DNA of 64,000 nt, from NCBI GenBank assembly GCA_026936335.1, contig JAPMXV010000034.1, positions 372,001 to 436,000 of the forward strand. The letters are read 5' to 3'. Below, one piece after another: positions 43,171 through 55,761 of this stretch. Every line of letters starts with the position of its first letter. Within the stretch, counting starts at the first letter, position 1. The stretch is from Mantamonas sphyraenae STR306. Its lineage: Eukaryota > Protista > CRuMs. Below the pieces are notes generated by a model that ran no database searches, had not been told where the DNA came from, and saw only the letters and a list, made by a program, of their open reading frames with translations. The translations under genes and the position numbers were made by a program.

Positions 43171-44577
43171 GGTTGGTGTGTGTGTGTGGGGGGGGGGGGG
43201 GGGGGCAGGCAACTGTAGTGCTGGTGGTCTTGATGGCTGGGGAAACGAGTCGCACGATGCATTGGCACAGTGGATCTGAAAAGTGCACGAGGAATGCTTC
43301 CATGGCGCTGGTGCCAAGATCAAATGTGTCAACTGACCTCACCACGTGGCAAACAGCTGGACAACAACAACCGCTTCAGTGGGTGCAGCTGACAGGAAGA
43401 GCCAATTCGGCACACAATCGCTTCTCTCCACTGAGGAGGATGGGTGTATGTACATTGCAGCGTGCACCTTTGTGTGTCGGGGGAACAGCAGGTGGCTGCT
43501 TGCATGGGCCACTCAGGGAACTTGTGGATCAGAACAGTGCTCTGAGTGGGTGAGTGGAAGGGGTGGGAAAGGTAGAAGTGGGTGTGAAGTGGGTGGGTTG
43601 CAGATGAAACACGCCTCCTCCCACACACCCACGTACCCCCATCCCACCCCACCACTCCCTCCTGTTTGGGCCATTGATTACACAGACGCACGGGAATCAG
43701 GGCCATATGAAACGGTCATTGCACACATGCCGTGGCGACAAGTTGAGAGGCGACCATTGTCGTCTATGCAGCCATGCACTGCCTGCAGTGACTGCTGATG
43801 GCCCTGTGTGTGCGTCTGTGGGGTGGCGCTGGCCTGCATGGAGAGGGACAGGGGAAGGGAGAGGGGGTGGGATGTGGATGCAGCGCAAGCCGACGGTTCA
43901 TCTTTCTCTCTCTCTCTGCAGCACACTCCAGAATCGACACTGCAGCGACCCATTCAGCAGCTGCTGGCTGATATCTTCAACACATCGATCCTTCCCTACA
44001 CGCTGATCGATTTGCAAGAGGACGCAACGGGGGACAGAATGTGTGTATGTGTGTCCGTTCTGTGCTCTCTCTTCATTGGCATTCCTCTTCTACCCTCGTG
44101 TCCACCCCACAGATCCTTACCCGGGACTGGCTTCGTCCTCCTCGTAGCACCGCCGCCAGAGCCAGTGGAAGCCTGTCCACACCATGCCTCATGTGGAAAA
44201 CGTGTTTCCACACCACATGCACTCTGCACGTGCGTGGATGGCGGTGGTGGTTGGGTGGTGGGTGGTGACACACGTGGATTGCACTGATCCTGGCAGAAGT
44301 TGACGCCACCCCGGTGTCACCACAACATGGCAATCCTGCTGGCACGTGTTCCAGCACCTCCCATACTGTGCATGAGACCATCTGCCCTCCCTGGTGGATT
44401 CCCCTTGCTTCGTGCGTACCGAGGAACAGCAGGAGCCCCGCGCAATCTTCCGGCGTCTTTCTGGTCGTCGACACCAGCCACACCCCACTTCCACATAGCA
44501 ACTTCCCAACCAACGCTTGCCATGTGCTACAGTCCTGAAAGATGGAGCACAGAACACTGCTTGCAAACAGACATTGC

Positions 44578-45652
44578 CTACACACGCTGTCGTTTGGTAT
44601 CGTGCGTGCTGGTATCGTTGCCTGAAGTGTGGAAATCGTCGGCATCGTCGCCGTGCTGGCGCTTGTGTGCTTGATTGCCACCAGCTGGCGTCGATGACTG
44701 CTCCTCAGGCAGTCGTACCAGCCAGCCCATGACCCTCGTTAACACCTCGTCAGGCTGGGTCCACCACTCAGCCGTGGGCTCGTACTCAGCCATGCTCCCT
44801 GCGCCAAACATCACTTCTCGCTCCTCTATGTTCATCACCATGGCCGTCTCCATTTGCTTGTCCACCTGTGGGCTCCAAAGAAAGTGCCACTCGGATGACC
44901 GGCCCACGTTCTCCATCCATTCCCTGACACCAGGGGTCACAGTGGCACCATGCTCCAACAACAAGACTCGCGCAGCTTTTGCTTGATTTGCTCGAACAGC
45001 GATCACCAGCGGAGTGATTTAGTGATTGAATGTTTCTCGCCCACAAGCGCATCAACGTGAATGCCCCATGCAAGGTGTTGTTGCATGGTCACCAAATCAC
45101 CATTGCGGACAGAGTTGACGAAAGTAGTTGCCTTTTGGGTATTGCGAGCCAGATTGTTGCGTGTCAGCGATGGGATCGAGAAACACAGCCGCAACCTCTG
45201 CAATGTTCTCTTCCGTGCCAGTCCGGTCCACAACGCAGCTGCCCCTTCGTACCCGATCTGGTTGCTCAGTAGTCCCAGCACTTGCAATGTGCTGTTCTGT
45301 GCCAGTGCTTTGCCCAATGCAGCTGCCCCTTCGTCATCGATCCAATTGTCAACGAGCTTCAGCACCTGCAATGTACTGTTCTGTGCCAGTCCGGAGGCCA
45401 GGCCAGCTGACACTGCAGCGACGATTTTGTTACTCTCGAGATCCAGCACCCGCAGTGAGCTGTTCTGTGCCAACCCTGTGCCCAACGCAGCTGCCCCTTC
45501 GTCCCCGATCAGGTTCATCCAGAGGTCCAGCTCCTGCAATGTGCTGTTCTGTGCCAGTGCTGTGCCCATGCAGCTGCCCCTTCGTCACCGATCCTCAGGT
45601 GACAGAGGTCCAGCCCCTGCAATGTGGTGTCAGTTTCCCAGTCCACTGCCAC
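44578..45652 (-). pseudogene. RI-type LRR plus ankyrin pseudogene, copy 1 (one LRR unit shorter than copy 2)
   Basis: LAQNSTLQxLxLxxNxIGDEGAAAL repeats; ankyrin broken by an 8-bp insertion. Confidence 0.8.
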
Positions 45653-47092
45653 TCTCCAGCCACGGAAGGGATGCCCTCAAATCATCACACATACTTTGCC
45701 AGCACGTGCCAAGACTTCACTGATTGCTTGCTCATCACCGCCATGCAGCAACGTTCTCCATTACTCATCGTTCAGTCCTACACTCATCCTGAACGTGTCT
45801 GTACGTCGGCCTCGTGAGCAAGCAGCCAAAGAACAAGTGTGACGAGAGGTTTTGGCCAAACACAATGACCCTTCCCCATCTCACTACCCCCTGTACGTCA
45901 CTGAACACACACACACACACTCTCTCTCTCTCAGTGGGTCTTCTCCACAACTCTCAATGAAGCCCTCCGTCCATGAAACCCACGGGTGAATATATGCGTA
46001 GTCACCACTGCGCAGTGCAGCTGCTGATATTCCCTCATCCATGGTCATCCACGATGGATACCATTGTTGTTCCCTGCCAACGTGCGAATCAATCTCGTGC
46101 CCAATTGGCCGTTCAACAAACCCATCGTCGTGGCCAAAGCCATGTCCTTGTTCCACCCACCCGATCCTCCTGGACAATGCACAGGCACATGTGGCATGCA
46201 ATGAACCGCATGCATGGGCTTCCATGGAACACATGCGTCGTGTGTGACCATCCCATGCCATTCAAGTGTCCGTTCTCGTCGACTGGCGGGTGGGGTGTGC
46301 AGATGCAGCAGTTGTGGAGGTCGAGGTCGAGGCCGACTGCACACCGACAAAGCCATGGCTACGATCCCAGAAGCACGTGGGTGGCACCTGCCGCATGGTG
46401 CTCAGGGACCCGTCATCCTGGATGAAGGGTGCATGCTTGGGCCGCTGCACACACGTTCACCCCTCCCCCCCGCTCACTCGTGTACCACGGCGCACGACAA
46501 CACGTTGGGATGCGTCTATCCACACACGTATTGGAACGCAAGTGGCCATTATCGTCTGCATTGGCCTCAAAGAGGCGTTGTTGCACTCTGGTGCAGTATA
46601 GCAAACCTCGCCAGGCAGATCTTCTGTTCTTCAGCCACGATTGCAGTTGTTGGGCAAAGATAAAAGGGGGATATTATTTTTATCATCTTACCTGCAGCGA
46701 ACATGGTGCGACTCCATGGCATGTTCCCGTGCCCCTGCTCTGCCCCGCCGGACCCAACATGAAACTCACGGCGCTTGTTCTTTTCTCTGATCGCCCCGGT
46801 GCCGACTGCCCTGCCGTTGCCGTGGGAGACGCACCTGGAAGAAGCCCCTCTGCGGATGACAGTGGATGTGAAAGACAGTGTGGAGATGTGGACACACCAA
46901 CGTGTTCTCGAACGCACTGGTTACCGGCACCAACCATGAACTCGCCCTATGGTCATGGAAGGACAACTCGGTGACTTCTGTGTCGTGGGGGGTGGGCTGT
47001 GTGAATCAAGTGATGAATGCCGCTGTTTCGGACATGGTTGCGTGCCCGTGGGAGATCAACATCTTCGCATCTTCAAACGACTCGCGACTCGC

Positions 47093-47144
47093 GAGCATGG
47101 TGCTAATAACGCCAGGGTCATGGGTTCGAGCCCCATATTGACCA
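47093..47144 (+). pseudogene. 5'-truncated tRNA-Ile(AAT) (last 52 nt), at the start of a direct duplication 47093-48264 of 40888-42048
   Basis: Identical to the 3' part of the tRNA; lacks the 5' acceptor strand and A box. Confidence 0.9.
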
Positions 47145-47518
47145 ACTTTGTTTTATTGACCAATTTTGTTTTTTTGCCTTTTTCTCGCTTAATACGCATG
47201 CTATCCACGATCCTATCATCCCACTACTCTTCTTTTCCACCATTCTATCACCTCGCAAAGTCTCGGCTCTCCACCACCACTTTGAACCATTCCAGACTCG
47301 GAGCATCTTTCTTCCACTATTTCCTCCATCGCCATCCCCCATCCCTCCTCAACACACCCACCCTTCTCCTATCTCATTATTGCTCCTCCCCTTCCATCCT
47401 CCCTTCCCCAAACCATCATCCCTCTCATCGCCGCCCGTCTATCTCTCCTTTCACTCTTCCCACGTTTTGCCTTTCTCATGAAGTGGTTCCCCGCCCCAGT
47501 ACAAACACCTTCTATTCC

Positions 47519-47549
<31 letters not shown>

Positions 47550-49550
47550 TGCCTCTCCTTGTTGCTTCCTCAACCTCTCTCTTTCACACTCACCATCACA
47601 CACACAAACATACACACTACACTCGCCCACGTCCCCCTGTTCCCTGTTCCCTGTTCCCTGTTCCCTGTTCCCTCTGTTCCCTGTTCCCTGTTCCCTGTTC
47701 CCTGTTCCCTGTTCACTGTTCACTGTTTCCTTCTCAGCACCTCGCTACACAAACCGCGTCCATCCGCCCTTTCACACTACCTCTTTGCCTCTTCCACCCC
47801 ACCGTCTCTCGTCTCTCCCATCCCTCCCTCTACATCACCAGTGTTCCCCTCAAACTACCACACACAGCACACAATTCTACCTCATCATCTCCTCCCCTCC
47901 CCACCAATCCCCAAATCCAAACCCCCCCCCCCCAAGAGCACCCTTCCCGGCAAGCTCGACCACACATCCCTCCCATCCTGCCTCCATACACACTTCCCAA
48001 CCCACCACATCACCCTGCAATTGCTCAACTTCGTCTCCGGTGGCACCCCCCCCTCCCTTCCCCGCATCATCTGGCATTCTTCATTCTCCTCGTCCTTTCT
48101 CATCACCAAGCGTCCACACAACCTCGCACGCACCCCCTCCCTCCCCCTCCCCCTCCCCCCCCCACACACACACTCCTTCCTCTTTCCCTGTCTCACAACA
48201 TCCAAACAACATCCACACACAACCACACACATCCACACATTCCCACATGCACATCCATTTCCACCTCTCCCTCCTTCCCTATATCCTGCACACACACCAT
48301 CGACTCATGCTCCTCCGCTCCTCTCGATCCCAATCTCTCCACGCGCCCCATCCAATCTCACCCCATTTCACCCCAACCGCCTCCATCCCCCATTTCACCC
48401 TACTTCCTCTCACAAAACCCTCCAGCCTTTCATCCCCGCATGTCTCGCCTCCCCAATACTCCATCCACTCCAAATTGACTTGATCTCAATCCCTCGTTCC
48501 CTGCGCTCCTCTCTCCACCCCACCCCATAATATCCCCCTTTTATCTTTGCCCAACAACTGCAATCGTGGCTGAAGAACAGAAGATCTGCCTGGCGAGGTT
48601 TGCTATACTGCACCAGAGTGCAACAACGCCTCTTTGAGGCCAATGCAGACGATAATGGCCACTTGCGTTCCAATACGTGTGTGGATAGACGCATCCCAAC
48701 GTGTTGTCGTGCGCCGTGGTACACGAGTGAGCGGGGGGGAGGGGTGAACGTGTGTGCAGCGGCCCAAGCATGCACCCTTCATCCAGGATGACGGGTCCCT
48801 GAGCACCATGCGGCAGGTGCCACCCACGTGCTTCTGGGATCGTAGCCATGGCTTTGTCGGTGTGCAGTCGGCCTCGACCTCGACCTCCACAACTGCTGCA
48901 TCTGCACACCCCACCCGCCAGTCGACGAGAACGGACACTTGAATGGCATGGGATGGTCACACACGACGCATGTGTTCCATGGAAGCCCATGCATGCGGTT
49001 CATTGCATGCCACATGTGCCTGTGCATTGTCCAGGAGGATCGGGTGGGTGGAACAAGGACATGGCTTTGGCCACGACGATGGGTTTGTTGAACGGCCAAT
49101 TGGGCACGAGATTGATTCGCACGTTGGCAGGGAACAACAATGGTATCCATCGTGGATGACCATGGATGAGGGAATATCAGCAGCTGCACTGCGCAGTGGT
49201 GACTACGCATATATTCACCCGTGGGTTTCATGGACGGAGGGCTTCATTGAGAGTTGTGGAGAAGACCCACTGAGAGAGAGAGTGTGTGTGTGTGTGTTCA
49301 GTGACGTACAGGGGGTAGTGAGATGGGGAAGGGTCATTGTGTTTGGCCAAAACCCTCTCGTCACACTTGTTCTTTGGCTGCTTGCTCACGAGGCCGACGT
49401 ACAGACACGTTCAGGATGAGTGTAGGACTGAACGATGAGTAATGGAGAACGTTGCTGCATGGCGGTGATGAGCAAGCAATCAGTGAAGTCTTGGCACGTG
49501 CTGGCAAAGTATGTGTGATGATTTGAGGGCATCCCTTCCGTGGCTGGAGA

Positions 49551-50714
49551 GTGGCAGTGGACTGGGAAACTGACACCACATTGCAGGGGCTGGACCTCTG
49601 TCACCTGAGGATCGGTGACGAAGGGGCAGCTGCATTGGGCACAGCACTGGCACAGAACAGCACCTTGCAGAAGCTGTACTTCCAGGAAAGCAAGATCGGT
49701 GTCGAAGAGGCAGCAGCATTGGGCACGGGTCTGGCACAGAACAGCACATTGCAGGAGCTGGACCTCTGGATGAACCTGATCGGGGACGAAGGGGCAGCTG
49801 CGTTGGGCACAGGGTTGGCACAGAACAGCTCACTGCGGGTGCTGGATCTCGAGAGTAACAAAATCGTCGCTGCAGTGTCAGCTGGCCTGGCCTCCGGACT
49901 GGCACAGAACAGTACATTGCAGGTGCTGAAGCTCGTTGACAATTGGATCGATGACGAAGGGGCAGCTGCATTGGGCAAAGCACTGGCACAGAACAGCACA
50001 TTGCAAGTGCTGGGACTACTGAGCAACCAGATCGGGTACGAAGGGGCAGCTGCGTTGTGGACCGGACTGGCACGGAAGAGAACATTGCAGAGGTTGCGGC
50101 TGTGTTTCTCGATCCCATCGCTGACACGCAACAATCTGGCTCGCAATACCCAAAAGGCAACTACTTTCGTCAACTCTGTCCGCAATGGTGATTTGGTGAC
50201 CATGCAACAACACCTTGCATGGGGCATTCACGTTGATGCGCTTGTGGGCGAGAAACATTCAATCACTAAATCACTCCGCTGGTGATCGCTGTTCGAGCAA
50301 ATCAAGCAAAAGCTGCGCGAGTCTTGTTGTTGGAGCATGGTGCCACTGTGACCCCTGGTGTCAGGGAATGGATGGAGAACGTGGGCCGGTCATCCGAGTG
50401 GCACTTTCTATGGAGCCCACAACTGGACAAGCAAGTGGAGACGGCCATGGTGATGAACATGGAGGAGCGGAAGTGATGTTTGGCGCAGGGAGCATGGATG
50501 GGTATTGTACGTGCCCACGGCTGAGTGGTGGACCCAGCCTGACGAGGTGTTAACGAGGGTCATGGACTGGCTGGTACGACTGCCTAAGGAGCAGTCATCG
50601 ACGCCAGCTGGTGGCAATCAAGCACACAAGCGCCAGCACGGCGACGATGCCGACGATTTCCACACCACAGGCAACGATACCAGCACGCACGATACCAAAC
50701 GACAGCGTGTGTAG
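49551..50714 (+). pseudogene. RI-type LRR plus ankyrin pseudogene, copy 2
   Basis: Six to seven 28-aa LRRs then ankyrin; frameshifts at 50268-50275 and near 50470; no clear ATG start. Confidence 0.8.
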
Positions 50715-51029
50715 GCAATGTCTGTTTGCAAGCAGTGTTCTGTGCTCCGTCTTTCAGGACTGTAGCACATGGCAAGCGTTGGTTGGGAAGTTGCAATGTG
50801 GAAGTGGTGTGTGGCTGGTGTCGACGACCAGAAAGACGCCGGAAGATTGCGCGGGGCTCCTGCTGTTCCTCGGTACGCACGAAGCAAGGGGAATCCACCA
50901 GGGAGGGCAGATGGTCTCATGCACAGTATGGGAGGTGCTGGAACACGTGGCAGCAGGATTGCCGTTGGATCGCCCGACTCGTTTCCCCAGCAATCGAGAC
51001 CACCAGCACTACAGTTGCCTGCCCACACC

Positions 51030-51060
<31 letters not shown>

Positions 51061-51065
51061 CAACC

Positions 51066-52080
51066 ATGAGCACACGCACATGCAACACATGCGGGACACA
51101 GACGGACAAGCCCCAGGACTGCACATGGGGCACACGGTGCCGATTTGGCCCCGCATGCTGTCGCTACCATCACTGCACAACCACCAGCACCAACACACCC
51201 AACACCGCCGCCGCCGCCGCCAAGACGACCAAGGCAAAGGCAGGAAGGAGCATGACGCACCGAGGCAGCAAGATCACGACGGAGAAGAAGCGAGTGGCCA
51301 GGGCTCCGCTTGACCTGGTCTTCCTGGTCGACACGAGGACGTCCATGCAGGTCGATCGCATGTCTGCAGCCGCCGCTGGGTTCGGCGCCGCTGTGGGTGC
51401 CCTGCGCGATTGCGACCGGGTGAGCCTGTACACCTTTGCGGACAAGGTGAGGAGGGTGTTTGGGCCACTCAAGGCAGCCAAGGTGGATCTGAACAAGGCG
51501 GTGGGCACGCTGGAGGAGGCGTGTGGCAGCCATGGCAGTGGGGTGGAGCAGTTGGTGCAGGCACGGATGACGGATGAGGATGTGGGGAGGGTGTTGCGGG
51601 ATCAGGGAGGCAGCAGTGGTGCCTTCCGGCCGGACGGATACACGGCGCTGTACGACGGCATGGACGGTGATGGACACCATGGCACAGTGGCAGACACGGA
51701 GCGACGCAGGAAAGAGTGCAGGCGCCAACTTGGTGGTGATCACCGATGGGGAGGAGACGGGGTCGGTGCAGGCTGGGGCCAGGGAGTTGACAGCCAAGCT
51801 GAGGGCAAGTGGGATCCGCAACTTTCACATGCACTTTGTGGGAGTTGGGAGTGGGGCTGGACAGGATGACGGGAGCAAGGTATGCCAGCATGTGCAAGGC
51901 GTGGAGACACACGCGCATGTGGCACAGCAAGGACGCAGAGGATGTGGGCACGCATCTGCAGCGGATCAGCACGATGGTGGTGGAGCAGATGGTGCAGGAG
52001 GACAGAGAGGTCAAGGTGCATGTGTGCGAGCGACGCAGGCGCAAAGGATGGGGAGGGTGGGAAATTGCAAGAGAATGGGC
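51066..52080 (+). pseudogene. Cys/His-finger plus vWA-domain pseudogene, copy 2
   Basis: Same two frameshifts as copy 1 (near 51668 and 51870-51890). Confidence 0.75.
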
Positions 52081-52885
52081 ACCCCCCCCCCTCACACACA
52101 CACACACACACGGAGAGAGTGAGAGAGGGAGAGAGGGAGAGAAGTCGCCTATTTGGACGCTTGGAATGGGCGTGGATAGGCATGTGTGTGGAAATGGATG
52201 TGCATGTGGGAATGTGTGGATGTGTGTGGTTGTGTGTGGATGTTGTTTGGATGTTGTGAGACAGGGAAAGAGGAAGGAGTGTGTGTGTGGGGGGGAGGGG
52301 GCGGGGGGGGGAGGGGGAGGGAGGGGGTGCGTGTGAGGTTGTGTGGACGCTTGGTGATGAGAAAGGACGAGGAGAATGAAGAATGCCAGATGATGCGGGG
52401 AAGGGAGGGGGGGGTGCCACCGGAGACGAAGTTGAGCAATTGCAGGGTGATGTGGTGGGTTGGAAGTGTGTATGGAGGCAGGATGGGAGGGATGTGTGGT
52501 CGAGCTTGCCGGGAAGGGTGCTCTTGGGGGGGGGGGGGTTGGATTGGGGATTGGGTGGGGAGGGGAGGAGATGATGAGGTAGAATTGTGTGCTGTGTGTG
52601 GTAGTTTGAGGGGGAACACTGGTGATGTAGAGGGAGGGATGGGAGAGACGAGAGACGGTGGGGTGGAGAGGCAAAGAGGTAGTGTGAAAGGGCGGATGGA
52701 CGCGGTTTGTGTAGCGAGGTGCTGAGAAGGAAACAGTGAACAGTGAACAGGGAACAGGGAACAGGGAACAGGGAACAGGGAACAGGGAACAGGGAACAGG
52801 GGGACGTGGGCGAGTGTAGTGTGTATGTTTGTGTGTGTGATGGTGAGTGTGAAAGAGAGAGGTTGAGGAAGCAACAAGGAGAGGC

Positions 52886-52919
<34 letters not shown>

Positions 52920-53294
52920 GGAATAGAAGGTGTTTGTACTGGGGCGGGGAACCACTTCATGAGAAAGGCAAAACGTGGGAAGAGTGAAAGGAGAGATAGA
53001 CGGGCGGCGATGAGAGGGATGATGGTTTGGGGAAGGGAGGATGGAAGGGGAGGAGCAATAATGAGATAGGAGAAGGGTGGGTGTGTTGAGGAGGGGATGG
53101 GGGATGGCGATGGAGGAAATAGTGGAAGAAAGATGCTCCGAGTCTGGAATGGTTCAAAGTGGTGGTGGAGAGCCGAGACTTTGCGAGGTGATAGAATGGT
53201 GGAAAAGAAGAGTAGTGGGATGATAGGATCGTGGATAGCATGCGTATTAAGCGAGAAAAAGGCAAAAAAACAAAATTGGTCAATAAAACAAAGT

Positions 53295-53367
53295 TGGTCA
53301 ATATGGGGCTCGAACCCATGACCCTGGCGTTATTAGCACCATGCTCTACCGACTGAGCTAATCGACC
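53295..53367 (-). tRNA. tRNA-Ile(AAT), second full copy
   Basis: Exact reverse complement of 40867-40939. Confidence 0.97.
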
Positions 53368-53734
53368 TTCTTCGAAACTATTGAGACGATCATACACAGA
53401 AACACTTGCTTGTCCGCTATGCGCAAACACCCTCGCGCTCACACGGCTGTCCCTGCATGGCTTTTCTCTCACTCGCGCCACGCGACGGTCACCCGCCCCC
53501 GTCCATCAACACGAGAACAGAAGAAAAGCCACCAACAATAAGAACCCAGTCTTTCGGTATCATGGTAGGGAGGACCCTTCCCGGTGCCACCCCAACCCTT
53601 GACATTGGATCCGGTGGGGGTTGGTCACAATCCAACCCCGCGGCCTCCCCGTGACCCACACACACTCGCACACACACACACACTCTCTCTCTCATCTGCC
53701 CAGCGCTCATGCTCCTGCTTTCTTCATTCCTCCA

Positions 53735-53779
<45 letters not shown>

Positions 53780-54045
53780 CTCTCTCTCTCTGCATTCCCA
53801 CCACACCATCATCACCCCACCCTCAATCCATTTGTTCCCCTCTCCACCCCCAACTCCCCACCCCCACTCCCCACTACACCCACCCTCATCTCCCTCCCCC
53901 CCCTCCCCCCTATTCCCCCCACCCTCATCTCCCCTCCCCCCCCCTCCCACGCCCCTCCCCCACTTCCCCCCCCCAACTCACCCAAACCTACCCGCCCGCC
54001 TACTCCCGTTCCCCCTCCCCCCCCTCCCCCCCCTACCCCACCCCG

Positions 54046-54518
54046 ATGCTTGGCCACATCCTCGACGCCTCCCTCACCCTCACTCCACTCTGCCCATCCT
54101 GCTCTGCCCCGCTCCGCCTCAAGTACGGCGACATTGACCTCGACGCTCTCGTCCACAACGACGCCCCTCTCTACTGCCCAAAATCCTTCTCCACTCCTCC
54201 ACCCCGTCATGGCTCGCCACTCTAGACCTCCAGCTCGCCAGTGGTGACCTTGTCCTCCCCGCCGTTGCCTTTGACGACGTCGCCACCGCCCTCCTCGGCT
54301 GCGCCCCCAACGACCTCCCCGCCCTCGCACGCCTCATTCCAGGCGCCACCCAGACCGTCCTCCGCCAGTCACTCCTCTCCCGCTACCTTGACTTTTCCTT
54401 GCGCACCACCACCACCTCCTCCTCCTCCTCCTCCCGTTCCGTCCTCGTCTCCTACCTCGATCTCGACGACTCCCTGCCCACCTTTGCCGACCTTGCCCTC
54501 GCCATGGAGGAGCCCTAG
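54046..54518 (+). CDS. Second copy of the RPA-like OB protein; 1-nt deletion in a C run near 54191 (error or pseudogene)
   Basis: Matches 39755-40228 apart from CCC>CC. Confidence 0.5.
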
Positions 54519-54581
54519 TCCACCCCCCCCCCCCCCCCCCTCCCCCCCCCCCCCACACCCAATACAACCCCCTATTTATCC

Positions 54582-54866
54582 ATGCCTTGGCGCCTTTCCA
54601 TCGCCAACCACACCCACATCCTCCGTGCGGGCGACACCACCCTCGGCCGCAAGGATTGCACCGTGCCCATCATGGACAAGAACGTCTCCCGTCTCCACCT
54701 GACCCTGCGCTGGACAGACACCTCCGCCCCGCCCCAGCTGATCATCCACTCCCGCTTCGGCCTCACAGACCTCACCACACACTCCCACTACGACCCCTCC
54801 GACTCCCCCGTCCTCGCCCACGACCACACATACCAACTCGGCGCCTCTCGAAACCACCAACAATGA
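54582..54866 (+). pseudogene. Truncated NBS1 copy (FHA domain only), cut by the inverted-repeat boundary at 54858
   Basis: First 92 codons match NBS1 (one Thr>Ser change), then QQ and stop. Confidence 0.85.
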
Positions 54867-55099
54867 GTGCCGCCGTCCCGTGTCCAGAAACAGGTGGATG
54901 GGCCAGAGGGGTTGGATGGGCCAGAGGGGGTGGATGGGCCGGTGTGGGGATTCGCGTTCTAGGGAGGAGGGGTGGCATGGGAAGACGGAAAGGATGGAGC
55001 CTGGGACGGGAACGCCCAACCGATTCCCGTCTCCCGTCCCATACTCACCCCAATCTCTTCTTGGCCACCGAGCCACTGCTTTACTGCCCATTCCCCCCC

Positions 55100-55721
55100 T
55101 CACACACTCAAATGCACCCCGTGCAACAACGTGAGCGGCCGCTTGACATCCCCTCCATCCTTCCCGCTCCCGCCCTTGCCCAACAACACGCGCCCTGGCG
55201 TCGTGCTATCTGGCGTATCGTCCACCGGCTCGAGCTTGCGCCTGGTGCGCCTCGGCGTGTGCGGCGACAGCGTGAACGAGTACCCGTCTGCCGCGCTGAG
55301 CGCAGAGTCCTGCGGCAGCCCCAGCCCCATGGCTGCGCTCGTCCCTGGACTCAGCGTCAGCGACACCTCTGCCCCTGCGCCCAGCACGCTCCCGCTCCCG
55401 CTCCCGCTCCCGCCCGTCGTCCTCCCGCCGGGTACTCGGTTGAGCAGGTGGTTAATATGTGCAAGTGTCGCTCTGCTCCCGTGTTCCTTGATGATCCCAA
55501 ACGGCGAAATGCACCGCGTGCTCGTCGGCATGGCAAATCCCTTGTTCGGCGACGACGACGCCACCTTTGCCGTCTTGCTCTGCTTTCCGCGTGCGCTCTT
55601 GCGTCCTCCGCGGCCCCCGCGTCCTCGCCGAGTGCCCCTTCCGCTGCTGCTGCTGCTGCTGCTCTCCCCTGCGACACCTCCCCCTTCTGTCACCATCGAT
55701 GATGACGACGACGACGACGAC

Positions 55722-55761
<40 letters not shown>

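Larger units (their letters stand above)
39416..46677. repeat. Left arm of a large inverted repeat (partner 48527-54858)
   Basis: Reverse-complement identity read directly; mirrored ORFs in the track (e.g. 42114..42662- = 51574..52122+, 45973..46425+ = 48779..49231-). Confidence 0.97.
48527..54858. repeat. Right arm of the large inverted repeat
   Basis: Reverse complement of 39416-46677 except for the indels described in findings. Confidence 0.97.

Noticed and set aside
40888-47144. Phage-style attL/attR island at the tRNA
   Set aside because: The duplication extends 1.1 kb past the tRNA and no recombinase is present
39416-54858. Giant TIR transposon, Polinton or integrated virus
   Set aside because: No transposase, integrase, polymerase or capsid ORF; no target-site duplication seen; the outer end falls within NBS1
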